A DNA stretch of 64,000 nt from Setoptus koraiensis. Lineage: Eukaryota > Animalia > Arthropoda. Within the stretch, counting starts at the first letter, position 1; the number at the start of each line of letters is the position of its first letter. Under the pieces are notes generated by a model. The model made no database searches. It was not told where the DNA came from and was given only the letters and a program-made list of their open reading frames with translations. The position numbers were made by a program, and so were the translations under genes. Location of the stretch: assembly GCA_048013815.1 (NCBI GenBank), contig CM106585.1, forward strand, positions 7,316,001 through 7,380,000, written 5' to 3'. This document shows positions 1-14,973 of this stretch, piece after piece.

Positions 1-3000
1 GTGTATAACGTGATTGTCGCCAGTGCATGTATATTATTATGTAATTGTGCGAATGTGTCGCGCCGCCGGCAAATGTTACATTAAGATGAAGATTATTCAA
101 TCTCGATCGCACTAATACGCTCTAGTAAGCACGCATGTTTTAGCTGTGTAGGCCAAAAGTAAACTCGCTCGGAATAATAATATAAAAAACATAATTATAA
201 GATTAGCTGTGGCGCCCAGATGTCGTGTGCGATGACCCTTCGCTTGGCTGATCATCTATCGTTCCATTTGCGATACATTTATAATGGCATGTGTCTCATG
301 TGCTGCATCTCACAGGAACAACACGCCGGAGAAAAAAGAAAGCAGCTTGATAAAGCTGGCTAAAACGCCCCGCTCTGTCTGTTTATTTTGCCAATTTTTA
401 TTGTCAATCGCCAATGGAAAGTTGCAATTTTCGGAGGCCCGCCATTCAGCTAGCCACTGCCCAGATGTGTCTGTCTATCCAACCTCTTGTCTATAATTAA
501 GCGTTGGGGCCCATTTTTTGCGCTGGGGCCGCCTGCCTAATGAATGATGTTTGGCACTGTTTACTTTTGGCCGTTTGATGTGCACACCAGCAAACAGCGA
601 ATTCTGGCCAAAAAACAAAGCACTCACAAACCATTGTCAGCCACACAAACCAAAAACCAATTCGAGAATACTTTTCCAGAATATTCGCTCGTGGTGGCTC
701 GCCTTTGAGGGGCGATTCGGGGGGCCATTTGAGGGGCCGTTCGAGGCCCGCCGACTGTCGCGGCCCGAAAGAACCGCTCGCCGAAATATCCGGCCACCAA
801 ACGACGATGCACACGATGCGCCATCCCGTGGGCGATTTGCAATTTGCGGGGGCGCCCAGAGCGAACAAACATTGACAAATTGCCAGTTTAAACCAACAAC
901 AACAACAACAAAATATTATCTGTTTGAATAAATTGTGTGTGTGTGTGCTGAAATTTGGGGCCCGACGGCGCCAAATATGGCGCCGGTGTGGCACGATTGG
1001 ATAATTGTTGTCGCCATTGTTGTTGTTGCTGTTTGTGTCCGTTGTTTCTGGGTAGCGCGGCCTTTCGGGCCCAAACTTTGGGGTGCCAAAAGGCTGATAA
1101 ATGATGATTGTTTAAAGAGTTGCATCACAATGTCTGGATGGAGCTGGCGAGCTGCGTGCGCATACCAGTTGTTTGCTCATTTGTTGTTGCTGCCTCCAAA
1201 CATCTGGCTCCATATTTGGGGGGCCCGGCGCGCCAACAATATCGCGGCCATAACAAATTGCCAAATGTGCCTCGTGCGACTTGGGCCCCACTACATACTA
1301 CTGCACACAAATACGTTTGCTGCCTGCTATGATATACGTATAAATGTTACGATATGCATGCCCTATCATAACATAAATGTTCATGCGAGCACAATGCCAG
1401 CTATACGAGCCAATGTGAATGCAAACAATAATAATATTCACCATTATTAGCGTTCATTAGGACCGTTAGCTGGCGCCGGCGACCCCTCCGATTCCAATAT
1501 CCACATGTGCAGCGTCCAATGTGCGTTGGGGCCCACAACTTATGGGGCCCCGCGACACATTGGATATGTTGGGTGGGCCTGGCAAAGGCGCCCATCTCAA
1601 TGGCTGGCGCGTCGTTGGCTTGCACAGAGGAACAGTCTGGACAGATTACGGCGACGTTATTTCATTTCATCCGCGGCTGAATTTCAGTTTAAATTTCAGT
1701 TTCAAGATTGCATGCTCGCGATCGCATTTTCGCTAATGGGCCAAGCGAACAATATAGATAATAAGACGCACGGCCAGCAACAGAGAAATGTGGCTGGCTG
1801 GTTTGTTTGTTTGTTTGTCTCAGCCACGACATCATCGTTATCGTATGTTGACCGGGCGGAAATGGGCCCCAACAAACGAGCAAGTTTTCGGCGCCAGATA
1901 ATTCTGGCTGCGGGCTCATTGGAGATTGGGGCGATTGATGATCGCGCACGACGATCAGATATGATGTGGCCGGTTGCTGTTGTTATTGCGTTATATTGCG
2001 TTTGGCCAGCTTGATGATACAGACTCTGTATTAAAGAGGCCGGCGATGCGAATCAGTGTATAATTGATTGTAAAATTGTTGCAACGCTTGCCGTTGTTCG
2101 ACTGTGATTCGACACATGATATACGTTATTATAACATGATACAAGTTATACACACATGATTCAGTGCACTTACAGCCGGACACTATAGAGTCCAAACCAT
2201 AGACTATGTATAGTGAGGTAAGGGTATAGTGCGGGGGAGTGACACAAGCCGCACGCAAGTTAGCATACTGGTGATGTGTGTGTGCCCAAAACAAGCCATA
2301 CGTGCTATACAAAACAAGAACCGGAAGTGCTGGCAAGCGCTCGCCAGCCTCATCCGGATAATGGATGGGTATTAACTGGGCCGGCGGTGGCGCTGATGAT
2401 GAGACCAGAAAGTGAAATTGATTTGTTGCCATTAGGTAATATAAACAACACAATGGCTCGCAGAGCGGAGGCGCAAACATATATAACGGCCAAATATAAC
2501 GGGTTAGCGGCGTTATATGCCTTATATAACGGGTTGTTATATCCAGTTGTTATGTCCAGTTTATATATCTTTATATTTGGCAAGTTTAGTTGCAAGTGGC
2601 CGTTAGACAGCGAGCAGCCAACGGCCAGAGCAAGTGCACGGCGCTTTGTAATAAAACTTTGTTGGCCAACAATGACTTTCGGCTACATTAATACACAGTC
2701 TCATATTACGTCGCGCTGGGCCCCACTGGCCATCGCTGGCATGCTGCGATAGTTTGTATCCGACTGGCTATGCAAGCGCTGGCTCATTTTTGAGCGCGCA
2801 TCCATTCTATTTTTATGGCCCCTTCTCGCTGTGCCAATGCTGTCTGTGCAATTTCTTGTGGCGCCGCTCGCCAACGGGGCCCCAACTGCAAACAACTGTT
2901 TGAGTTTACAACTGGCGCTGGTGGTGTCTGTGCCATTGCAACTATCTCATGACAATGTTTGAGAATGAAAACCTGCAATAAACACATTCAATTTATTGCC

Positions 3001-6000
3001 AGCTAAAAATACTGACCCACTCGGGCCACACACGACCGGCAGTACGTGAAATGGCAGAGAATGGCAGAGAATGGCAAAGAATGGCGAAGAATGGGCCCAA
3101 TTGGGGGCGCAAAGCCGGGCCCCATTAAACTGGCGGCCGGCCGGCGAGTGTGCGTTAAGTATCGATACATTGTTGCACAATCGGACACTAAATTACGGCT
3201 ACTTATTGGGCGCAGTGATATCACCGTGATACCAGTCAGTATTTTTAGGTGCGCTCCACGGGTTCATCAGTTGCCGCTGCTGACCAGAGCAAATGGACCG
3301 AGCAGCGCCAGTGTCAACAATTGCCCATTTCTAATTACGCGCTCGAGTCCCGTTTGGCTGGCTGGCATATTCACCGGTGAATATGCCAGCCAAACGCAGG
3401 GCATGGCTCGTTTGGCAAGCGCTGTCTGTTGGCTGGCCAAAAGCAAAAAGCAAAAAGGGCCCCCAACCCATTTGCTCGGCAGCCAGTCGAGAGCCAGTGT
3501 AACTCGACTCAAACAGCGCTCAACCAGTTTGAGAATAATATCCGCACAGTCGGGTATGTGATCACGTATAACGGCGCTTGGTGTGGCGCCAATTTGTTGG
3601 CCTCGATGTAACGGCAACTATCGGCTCGGCTCGGCTCGGCTCGAGTCACAACTCATTTTGTTTTGCCACTGGCGCGGCCATAATGCTTCGCTAACTAATG
3701 TTTAGAATATGCGGCCCGGCGGATATTCTATTTGGTTCGGGGGGAGCGGGGGGGGGCGAGCGAACAGTTGGTGTCTATGAACTGGAAACTAACTAAACTG
3801 GTAGCGAGCAGTTAGGGGCGCGCCAGCAAACGAGCGCCAGCAAGAAAAAAACAACAACAGTAGCGCCAAATAATAAGCCAACAGTCAGTGAAGCGTTAGC
3901 ATTAAGTTAGCTGGTCCTGTCATGAAGAAATACGCTCATAATTTCCATTTTTTCCTCTACTTTTCACTGCCGGGCCCCATCGCGCGCCCCTCACTTCTCA
4001 TCGATTCTTTTTCCAACATTTCGCCCTCTTTTGGCGAACAGCAACAACCGAGCATTCGCAGAGAGTCTCTCCAAATGCTGGCTGGCTGGCTCGCTGGCTG
4101 GCTGGCTCGCTTGCAGCCAGCATCTCGCCCCAAACAAAACTATCAGCCAGCCAACAAAACTGGCTTCTAACTGGCGGTGCACATTACTGGCTCCTAATAT
4201 AGGGTGCTTATGCGATTATAGCGCCGTAATGAGTTGGACCCGATGTATTCGCATCGCATCGTTTCAGCTCAGCTCAGCTCAGCTCAGCCCAGCTCGGCTC
4301 GCCTGCCTTCGATTTGCTCCGATCCGATCCGGTCCGCTTCAGTTCGGCGCCCCATTCCGGCGCCGCCGCTGCCGCCATTGCTGCTACGTTCGGCAAGACC
4401 CAGCCTCGCCAGCATCCATTCCGTGCCTGTTCGCATCGGCTGGCCCCTCGCCCCAAAAAGCATGGCCGGCCGGGCCCCACTTGATCTCCGTTTCGTGCCT
4501 CCAAAAACTGGCAACCAACTGGCTCTCTAATGTTGCGCAAGCATCTAATATTGCTTGATTGCGCTCGCAGCGAGTATTGATGTTGCATCATTTGAAAAGT
4601 TGAGTCAAGTTAATAAAAAAAAACCCCCAAGCCAGTCGAGATTAATTAGAGCCAATGGCATGTATATACCAAGATATATATCAAGAAGTTGCCACTGCAA
4701 GGCACAAGTGACAAGCCCAGTGGCGACGAGTTATAAGCGTTGCAAGCTGCCAGTTGGGCGAATCGACTGACTCCTGATGCGAAACTGCACTCGACAATCA
4801 TCGATCGCGGGATCGTTTAATCGCTTATAAATAATATATGCCCACATATGGTTTGAAACCTAAAACGCTGCTGCCAGCGACAAATGTCCCAATGTGAGTG
4901 CCAATATGTGAGTGTAGTCACATGCAGACAGAAATTCTGCCACCATCAGCCCGAAAGTTTTCCCAAACACGTTCCCAAAGCGAGTGATGCAATTCAGCGA
5001 TCGACAATCCAGGTGAGCGACGAAAAGTCAGCTTGCGAACGGACGCCCCCCTGTGAATTCATGTTCAATCTGGTATCCGATTCGTGGGTCCTCAACGCCA
5101 AATGAACTCCGAATTTCGCAGTCCGAAACGCTTTTCGGATATCCACCCAGCGCGTGATCATTATTCAACCCACAAATTGTGTGCGCCTCGAACGAATCCA
5201 CCAGTATCCACGTATCTATGGATGGATATGGGATTGAGCGAGTGTCAGGCGCTGCAAATATCGTGTGTCATTATCGTCAATATTTCGATGGTTGTCACGA
5301 ATTTCAGTCAAAACAATTCATCGCACAAACTAAATTCTAAACTGAATGCCTTCTTTGCTAGATGAGGCCATGAATTAGTGAGAGATTGTGCAAAAATAAC
5401 CAAAAACATCTAACTAACTCAAATAACTTTCTTCTTCTGTCGCTCAACTCGGGAAGGTGCCTCTTCCGAAGATTTGCCGATCGCAGATAACACGGTCGCC
5501 AAAGTTGCGTGAAAAGGGGCCATTCTAGAAAAAGGCGAATCCGGCGGCCGAGAGGCGACTCGTGAAATGGATGAAAGCTGTTTCTTGCGAGCATATGCGC
5601 CAGTAGCGAATATTCACATTTCTAATTGAGTGGCATGGTTGCCGAACGAATGGTGCAGCCATTGAAAAGAAGCAAACAAAAGCGAACGCTATTCACTGAT
5701 AGCTATTCTATCATATCGCATACAGTCATGATAGATAGAGCGATATGAGCTCCTTGGATCGAGCCGCTATTTAATGAGCAAGCGAGGCGATGATGTCGAC
5801 AACAAATACTCGACTCGAGAATATTTGCCCCTTGCTCCAGCTAACAATGAGCGAGAAAAAAAGCGAGCTGCCATCAAAAATGAGGCTGGGGGCCAGCTAA
5901 CGGGAAATGGGCGCACTTTCGTCAAAATGGCGGCCTAGTGAGTGCTCAAGGCTCCAGCTGAGAGTATATTTTGCGCCCCCGAACCAGGTGCGAGCTCTCG

Positions 6001-9000
6001 AGCGTCATATGATTATGATCAGTATTTGGCAGTATTTGTGTGCTGGCGAGGCACATGTGTCGCATCATTATTTTCGCTGATATGATGAGCTAGTTCCTGT
6101 GCTTTTATTTATCTTTTAGCTTCATTTCAGCAGGTTCAACAGCTTCGTCGAACACCTTTAAACAGATCGATCTCAGTCTCGGCTTGAGCAAGCCGGAGAT
6201 TTTGTCACTAGAAGAAGCCAGTGACGTCACGTAGTGTCACGCAAGTGTGTATAAGTGTCGCTATTAGTGACTAGCAATTACCAGTTGCTGGCACCACATC
6301 GAACGCCCTCTATATTGAATGTGTGTGCGCTGCAAAACACTACAAGCAGCACGGGGGCCCGCGTTTTGTTTGGATAATCCAGTTGGCAGGCAGTTTATTT
6401 TTTGATTTTTGCCTTTATAATAGCACTTATATCTTATATAGCCAGCCAGCTCTTTCGGTTGCACCTAAAACACGCACGGGCCTTTGAAGAGATCCTCGAG
6501 AGGATTATGACAACGAAGGGCTTTACGCTCTACGGATGTTTTCACTATTTGCTTCATCTTGTTCCTTGGCTTTATTTTATCCGAGCCGCTCTGGCCCGGG
6601 CACGTTGTTTTTGTTGTCGTTGTCGTTGTTGTCGTTGCTGTTACATTTGCATAACGACAAGACAGCCTGCTAATAACAGACAATTTGCACGGGCGCCATT
6701 ATCATCTGTGCTCAGTTGCTCAAGATAAAATTTAAAATTTATAACCACTTATAAGTTTTATAAGCTGAGCACGACACATTGTACAACAGCGCCAATCTTT
6801 TTATTATATATTCAGACACACGAGAGGCCACAAGCTTATTATTATGGCTTACAGGTATCTGTTATATCCGCCACTGGGCGGCCCAGGAGTCCCCCCCCCC
6901 ACACACACACACTCACACGGATAATCAGGCACACTGAGATTAGTGGGCTTTGCAAACAAAACAAGCAAGCAATTATCTTGAGTGCCTCGTTCAAGCCGAC
7001 AGCAGTTTATATAGCCAGCGAGAGTTAGTTTATTTTTGGTTTAAATTCCACGCTATATCCCTGGCACTTCTGGTGTTCAGGTGTCACTCGCCGGCCCTGT
7101 GACGGGTAGCTGGTCACCAGGGGGAACTGGCCTGACACACTCAAGTTAGACAGGCCAATCTCTGCTCTTCATTGTGCTGGCTTTGGGGGCCTCAAATTGA
7201 ATAGATTTGAATACACTTGCACTCGAGTTGCATAATCTCTATTCGGAGTTTGGCTCGTTGTCGCCATACTGCGCTGTTCTATTGCTGGCTGGCTGGCTGG
7301 TTAACCGGCCAACTGGCTGCCAAAAACAGTCATTTCGAAGCGACGCCAATTATTGGGTCGGCACCACTGGGGCCTAATTGCTAATTGGCACAAACATGAT
7401 TGAGTCTCTTGATCGAGAACGTGAGGTCAGTCTTGTGCCGGCTAATGAGTTGCTGCAAGCGCCCTTTAGATGGATAGCCGCTGTATGGCATGCCAATCCG
7501 TTTATCAATCAACGCGGCTACGTGATCTGCGACCCTAATTGACTAATTGAATTCATAATTAATTAATTAATCAGTTAATAAATTAATAAATTTGCTTGAC
7601 AATTGGCGCGTTCACTTGCGCTCCTCTTGTCAGGCCAATTTCAAAGGGGCCAGCAAACTGTGCTGATTTTCTGCTTGCATTTCCCAAGGTTTTTTGAATA
7701 GTGATTCTATTCAACAGTCTACACTCTGGAGGAATTTGCAACTGTGTCAATTGTACGAATGAAATAACGAATCAATACGACTTGGCGAATCTCAGTGTGT
7801 GAATCGCATGGAAAGACCATTCAATCATGCTTAATGTCGCTTGTTGCTCAGTCAAATTTGCATCGACACCCTTACCGCTAGTTGGCCGGCCTGCGAGAAA
7901 CAGAATGGGCCCAGAACTATGGAACAGAATAGTTATTATTATCGTTGTGGCGTTGAAGTTCAATTCTAGGCTAGAATTTCTAGCTAGATATGTGTCGAAA
8001 AAGACAAGTGAATCTGGGGTTTTTTCCTGCTTTCGAAGAAACTAGAATTGCATGCGATCTGACTTGATCGGGCTCGATCCACTTTCACGGACGTACTAAT
8101 ACCGTGATCTAACAATGATTACGCAAGATCTCTAAAACTGACCCATTCATTAAGAGTAAATGTTGCTTCGATTGTCGGATATCTTTGTTCAAAGTCACTG
8201 AGCTGATATCGAATAGATAATGCTGATGCTGAAAGTGTTTAATCAGACCGAAACGGGGTCTATCTCTGCACGATTGGCTCAGATGCAAGCTGTCGGAGGA
8301 GCCTCACAATTGGTGAGTCACAACACAAGCAGGTTCTGTGAGGCGACGGTGCTGGCCCCAATTACTGGCTGGTGTTATTGGCTGGTAGGCGATGATAATT
8401 GCCGACCAGACAGACTGTTTGTTTAGCTGAGTTGCAAAATTAGCATGAACCACGCTGGCCAGTCGATCAATCAATTGTGGCGATGCCGGCATGCAGTGCC
8501 GCCAACGAGATACCCACATATCCGACAAGCGCACCAACAAATGCAAAACAAATGAAAAATGCGCAATTCCGACAAACAACGGCGCCCCCACAAACACACA
8601 ATCGCCTAGATCGAGCAGCGAAATTTAGCAGCCAATGTAATTTCGCTCACGATGTCATATGCGGGCCCCATGTTTTGTTTAAGCGGCCACATTGGTGGGG
8701 CCACGATAACTGCATCCCGATAACTGTGGCGAGCTAACTGTTGTTTGCAGACCGTTACGTGGCCGATTGTCCGGCCAAGCGGGTGTGTACGGCGCGGCCC
8801 GCATCTGCAAGACGTGGTCAGCAAGCGAAACGCGGCCAGCCAGATATTATGCAAATATTTGTGCCCCGTTGGCGCCTCATTCGGGCCCACTGTGCGGGCA
8901 TGAGTATGAGGGTGTCCACTTTGTTTGCAATCAGTATTCGTTGTGCGGCGTTTATTTCAGTCTCGTTCGCATTTTGTGTCTCGCCCGACAGATATCACTT

Positions 9001-10735
9001 GTTCCAGGCCATACCCTTGATGCATGCCCGCTCCATGTCCGTTCAATCCGCTCGGGTCCGCTCGGGTCCGCCCGGGTCCCGAATGGACATAGATAGAGAT
9101 ATCAGCGAGCCAACACAATGATGTCGCCGGCCAGCGCAGCGCAGCATCAATATTAGATAATGTCGACGCGATGCGGATATCATATAGACCGACGATTGAG
9201 CCGATTGGAATCATTATCACCTGAGCACAAGCATGATTAACTGGCTGAGGAATGGGCTCAATCAGCTGGGCCTCAACCAGGCTTCTATAAGCCGTTTGAA
9301 AACACGAGCAGCCATTTGTTGTGGCACAATTTGTGCCCACTTACAAGCGCGCCCAAACAACGTACGCGTCGGTATCGGTCATTTGTTTGGTTGGCAAGTT
9401 TGCGTTTGCAAAGTGTCGAAACAAACAAACTGTATTTATTTATTGTTTACACGCGCTCACAACAAATGGGGGCCCCAATGGTTGGCTTACGGGTCTAACT
9501 GTTGGAGTCTTGTTAGACTCTAACAGTTAGAGTGCGCTGCAAGGACAAAGAACAGATAAGAGAGAACAATGAAGGGTTAGTTTTGTTTGCGGACATTACG
9601 CCCGCCCGTACCTATATCCTTTATCACGGAACACAACAGGACAGGACAGGTCTGGCTGCTGCTCAATGGGGCCGCAAGTTTTAAAGCACGGGGCCCCACT
9701 CTGCGCTCAACACACAGATAAATCATGTTCTGGTGCCGGTGGCGAGCCGCCGCCTGCTGCCAGCGCCAGTCGAATTGATCCGCCAGCAAAGCATCGGCGT
9801 GAGTGGAGGGGCCCCATACAGCGTTTGTGTGTGTGTGTGTGTTGGGGCCCCTTCACCATACACTATTCACTATATCTCGGTGACTGTGTGTGTGTGTGTG
9901 TGTGTGTGAATGTAGGCCATTGCTAGCTTACTGCTGGCGCTGCTCTCTTTAAATATCTCAACTGTCGATAACTCGATTTAACGTTCAAATCATGGCCACT
10001 GCTGCTGCCAACTGAGGCCAGCGTTCATGGCATTCATGGCTTGCACAACTCAATGGGCCCCCGCGCAGTGCACACAACCCAGCCAGTTGATAATAATGGA
10101 CGAAATGAGACGAACAAAAGGGGACCAATTCAACCATTGGCGCCGCACTCTCGTCTTGATGGCCTCACTGGCGGGCCCATGATTTGGCCAGCGGGCCCAC
10201 AATTCGGCGAGCGGGCCCCATGATTTGCGCGCCAGCGGATCGCACGGGCCCAGCCGCCCGCCCGCCCGCCCGCTCGCCCGCCAGCCAGCCAGTTTATAGA
10301 GATGCCGCTTGTTTGTGTGCCATGTGTATGTGCGTCTCTATGCAGCGTGCACCAGCGCGTTGGGGCCTCAGCGAGCGCCCCGACGAAGGCGCACCGTTTT
10401 CAGCAAAGCCAATAGCGGCAAATAGAGATCGATTTAGGCTGGGTGGGGGGGGGGCGCTTGAAATTTAACAGATTCAACATAAGATTGCCATTACGTCATG
10501 GCCAGTTTGCTGGCTTTGTGCGGCGGGCCCCAGTTGGCCCGTCGCCATTGCGCACCAGCAATCGCATACGCACACTAACACACAAACAATAGACAATTGC
10601 GAGTTGCGATAGCGACTTGTATCATATCTGACTGACTCTTTATCTTAACTTATCGCGCGAGCGTTGAGCCAGATGATGGGCCGCGCACTTGTTATCGTGC
10701 TGCCCGCTCGTGCCAATTGATCGCTTCGAGATACC

Positions 10736-10861
10736 AGCGCCGTCCCGAGTAGCGCCGTCCCGAGTAGCGCCGTCCCGAGTAGCGCCGTCCCGAGTAGCGC
10801 CTTCCCGAGTAGCGCCGTCCCGAGTAGCGCCGTCCCGAGTATCGCCGGCCCGAGTAGCGCC
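10736..10861. repeat. 15-bp minisatellite (AGCGCCGTCCCGAGT) x8
   Basis: Eight tandem units read directly; two carry substitutions. Confidence 0.95.
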
Positions 10862-13800
10862 GACCAGTTCGAAGCAGCGCCGGCCAGCTCGAACAAGCGC
10901 CAGCCAGTCCCAAACTGAGAAGTGCCAGTTGGCTGGCTGGCCGCGAGCGGCGCTGCGAGCTGCCGGCCACATCATTGGGGCCGGCGGTGGGGCCCAGCGC
11001 CAGTGTCGGCAGAGCAAGTGAGTGCCAGGCGGTGGCCAGTTGTGTGGCCAGAGAGAGAGAGTTCAAGTGGGCATGATGATGATTGTTGTCGCGCGCGCGC
11101 CTCAAACAACAACAACAACAACCAGTGCGCAGCCTCTACACTGCACGGGGCTCCTCCGGCTGGACGAGTCGTCTCGTCGTGGCTGTTATTAATGTTTGTT
11201 CTTTGGTTCCCCCAGCCGAAGAGCCCGCCGTCCCCCCGCAGCCCAGTTGGCCATTACGCAACGGCAACATTACGCAACGGCAACATTACGCAACAGCAAC
11301 GTTAACGCACGTTACGCAACACGGCAGCGGCGGCAGCGGCAGCACCAGGCAGCCCGATTGTGCGGCGAGACGCGCGCCGCTGGCAGCGACACTAGTGCGC
11401 ACTCGCCAGCCGCACCGATAGCGCCGTAGCGCGTACCGAGCCTCCGCTAGACTCTAGCGGCTAGACTCTAGCGGCTAGAGTCGCTACAGCGGCCATCGGG
11501 GGCCGGGCCGCGGCGCGCGGCGCGCCGGGCACCACATGTGCGCGATTTCTTCTGGCTGGCTGGCGTGGAGACGGGCGGGCGCCGAGTGCGGCCCGAGCCG
11601 CAACCTGAACCGCCGGCTAGCGGGTGCGCGCCTCGTCGCTGGCACGAGCGCAACTCGCGGCGCGGCTGGCCGCCACTCCGACGAGCTTAATTGTGCTCAC
11701 TTGCGCGCGCTGTCTCCTCTTTTCTGGCTCTAACTCGTGCCAACCGTCGACAGTGTCGACTCGTGCACCGCCAAGGCAACAACAACAACAACCAGCCACC
11801 CACACACACACACACACACACACTAGCCGACATCATCAGGGCACCAACAACAACGACGACAGCAGCGCCAACAACGGCGCCAACAACAGCCACAACAACA
11901 GCAGCAGCCTCTAGGGTCGTTGGCGACTTTTTTGCACCGTCGAGCCAAGTGCGGCCAAGTCCGGCAACCACCGCCGACAGCATTAACAGCGGCCGCGCTC
12001 AGTTTGCCAGTGGCGCTAGTTGATATCATCGGACCGAGCTCGGGCAGCATCAGTGCGGGCCGGCGCCGCGTTATCGTCATTATTGCTATTATCGCCTCTA
12101 TCGGGCAACACACTACACACATAACAGTGGACAGTCGACAGTATAAACTGCACACGGTCAACAGTATAAACTACAGCAATATAAACTACATACGGTCAAC
12201 ACTATAAACTGCGGCATTATCCGGCATTACCCGCGCGGACTATAGCGACCGCCGAGTGAGCGTCAAGCGCCAACCGACAGACGGCGCTCGGTTATCTTTG
12301 ATATATCGCCAGCTGGTTGTGCCGTTGGCCAGCTCGCAGTGTCAGCGCCCGCGGATTGTTTCTCGTCGTTAAATGAGCACGCACGCACTTATTTACACTT
12401 ATTGTTGGCCGGCCCGACTGAGCTGTGTCAGAGATTGAGGGACCCACACAAATAGCATCATACGATCCGGGCGGGCACAACCAATTGCCAGTGTCACATT
12501 GTCAGTCAGCCAGCGACTCAACAACAACGACAACAACAACGACAACAACAACGACAACAGCGACACCAACAACGACAACGACAAAAATAGATTGACCCGC
12601 ACATGATCGGGGCCCCAAATAGTTTATCGCGACACACCGACGACAGATAGCGACGACAGATAGCGACACCGACACTTGCGACACAAGCCAAGCAAGCAAT
12701 CAAATGTGGCAAATGCCAAGTGTAAAGTTATGTGCATAGTGTAAAATTACATAATAGTTTACAATCGCACGCTCAAAAACAAATTTTCCCTCACCTTACA
12801 CGCGAGCTGCACGTGTTGTTGCGTAACACAACGAGCACACAACGTAGTTAAACTATCAGTATAATCAGTCAATTGAAGCAATCAATCAACTCGCCTACGT
12901 CAAGCGCTTGCCAATAGTCGCGCTAATTGCGCAACCAACTCAACTTAATTAGGCCTCGAATGCTAGCGTTCTAATACGTGTAATTTGTTCGTTGGAATGA
13001 ACCAAAACAGATCGAAATCGGTCAATTCGAAGGCGACAGCGACGCGCATATAAGCGCATATGCACCTCCGTTCCAGGTGAGTGATCCACTAACCGTGATT
13101 TAATTAGTTTCACTGTCGCCATACGTCGTCATATCGTCATATTTAGTTTTAGCATTTGCATATTGGCATTTCAATATCATCACAAATTCTGCGTATCGAT
13201 AAACCGTTTTTTTGGTGAGGCGCCAGTTTTGACCATTGTCAATTGCGCCAGCACCAGCTCTGCCTGTGGCTGGCAAACTGTGACGACGGGCTGACGAGTG
13301 AGCCAAGTGAGGCCCTGTAACAGACAGACAGACAGCCAGCCAGCCAGAGCTGCCACGTGACAGCCGGCAAGAGGGACTTGCCGCAAGGGGGCCCGACATA
13401 ACGGGACAACGGATAATTTATGTACAGCCGGCAGTCACAAGATAAGAGGTGTGCGTGATGAATATTTTATCTTTGTATTTAATGTAGATATATGAGCACA
13501 CAAGTGAATTATTGCAATCACTTCTATTATTATTGTAATAGTAATGATAATAATTTTCATTGAATATTGTCACACACACACACACGCACTCGCATCTCAG
13601 CTGGCGTGTGTGTGGGATTGAATGGGGCCCCATCATGGGGGCGACCAACTGTATAACGTGGCGCGTCGCCAGTTTTGCAGTGGGCGACATATAGTGACGA
13701 AAGTGAATTATAGACGAATCATATATCATTTTGGTGACTAGCGAGCGAGCGACGAGGAATGAAAAAGAAGAGAAAGATGCAAATCGCTGCTTGTTGTTTC

Positions 13801-14925
13801 TGTCGATGGCTTCTTTTTCTTATTTTATCATTCTCTTGTTCTCTTATTCGTGTTCTTCCTATTCTTTTGATGAATTGAAAACTCGTCTCCCGCTTGCGCG
13901 TTAAAACACCATTCCGTCTGGCGTCTTTGTTCATGCGCGGGCGCACAAATCACGAGTGCGTGTGTATGTGGGCCGAAAGAGGGCGCGAGGCCTTTTCACG
14001 TGCAAAAATCGCAAGCATCTATTAGAGATTTCGCAGCGTTTCGAAGATTTCGTGGCATTTCGGAAATTCAGTAGCATTTCGGCAAAATAGGAGGGGAGAA
14101 ACATTTTCGCCGTGTCTCGCAAGTGTTTTGCACGGGAGAGCGCTGGCTAAGATCTGGCAAAGATGCGCGACATATTCAGCCGTGTTGCTCTAAACGGCGG
14201 CCGGCCAGCGAGCGAAAATAACAAAATAAATATTTTCTCTGTCCCTCTGTCTCTATCTCTCTCATTCATCAGGCCGATATTCGCAAGTTGTTGCAAACAC
14301 TTGTCTTAATGTTTTCTTAATAAGCGCGCCAAGCCTGGCAACCAGCGACAGCTGACAGGCGTCAGCCGACAAGCGACAAACAAGCTAGAGGGCACGCGAC
14401 AAATGAAACTGGCGACTTATGCCAACCGGGGGCCCCACAGTCACACAGTGAGATATGGCACAGTGAGATATGTCGGCACAGTCGGATATCGCACAGTCGG
14501 ATATCGCACACGTCCTTGTCTGGTCGGCAGTGGCAAGTGGCCGCTCGCGAGTCGCGAGTCGCTAGGTGCCCGCTTAATGGTAGCCCGGCCATAATCTGAT
14601 CTGTGTGCGTGTCACTAGATGGCTCGAGGCAACTGCACGCAAATGCAAATATAATCCACACAAACACACTGACACTCTTATGTAATATCTATTTGGATAT
14701 GGCCTCAATGGGATATTACATGCAACACAATTTAATGGGATTGCTCGGCTACTGCACTTACCTAGCCGCCGACGCCGCTGCTGTGTGTTTATTTTTAGAG
14801 ATAGACACAGCGACACACATTCATTGTGTATCTATGGATATGTATTTATATTTATTTATTATTCTTTTCTTCTTATTCCGTTTTATCCTATTTATTCTTA
14901 TTTGTCCGCCAGTTGCGAGTTTTTT

Positions 14926-14927
<2 letters not shown>

Positions 14928-14972
<45 letters not shown>
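14928..14972. repeat. (GT)n microsatellite
   Basis: Uninterrupted GT dinucleotide run. Confidence 0.95.

Positions 14973-14973
<1 letters not shown>

Noticed and set aside
14146-14155. U2 snRNA-like GGCTAAGATC
   Set aside because: Only a 10-nt match; the flanking U2 sequence is absent.
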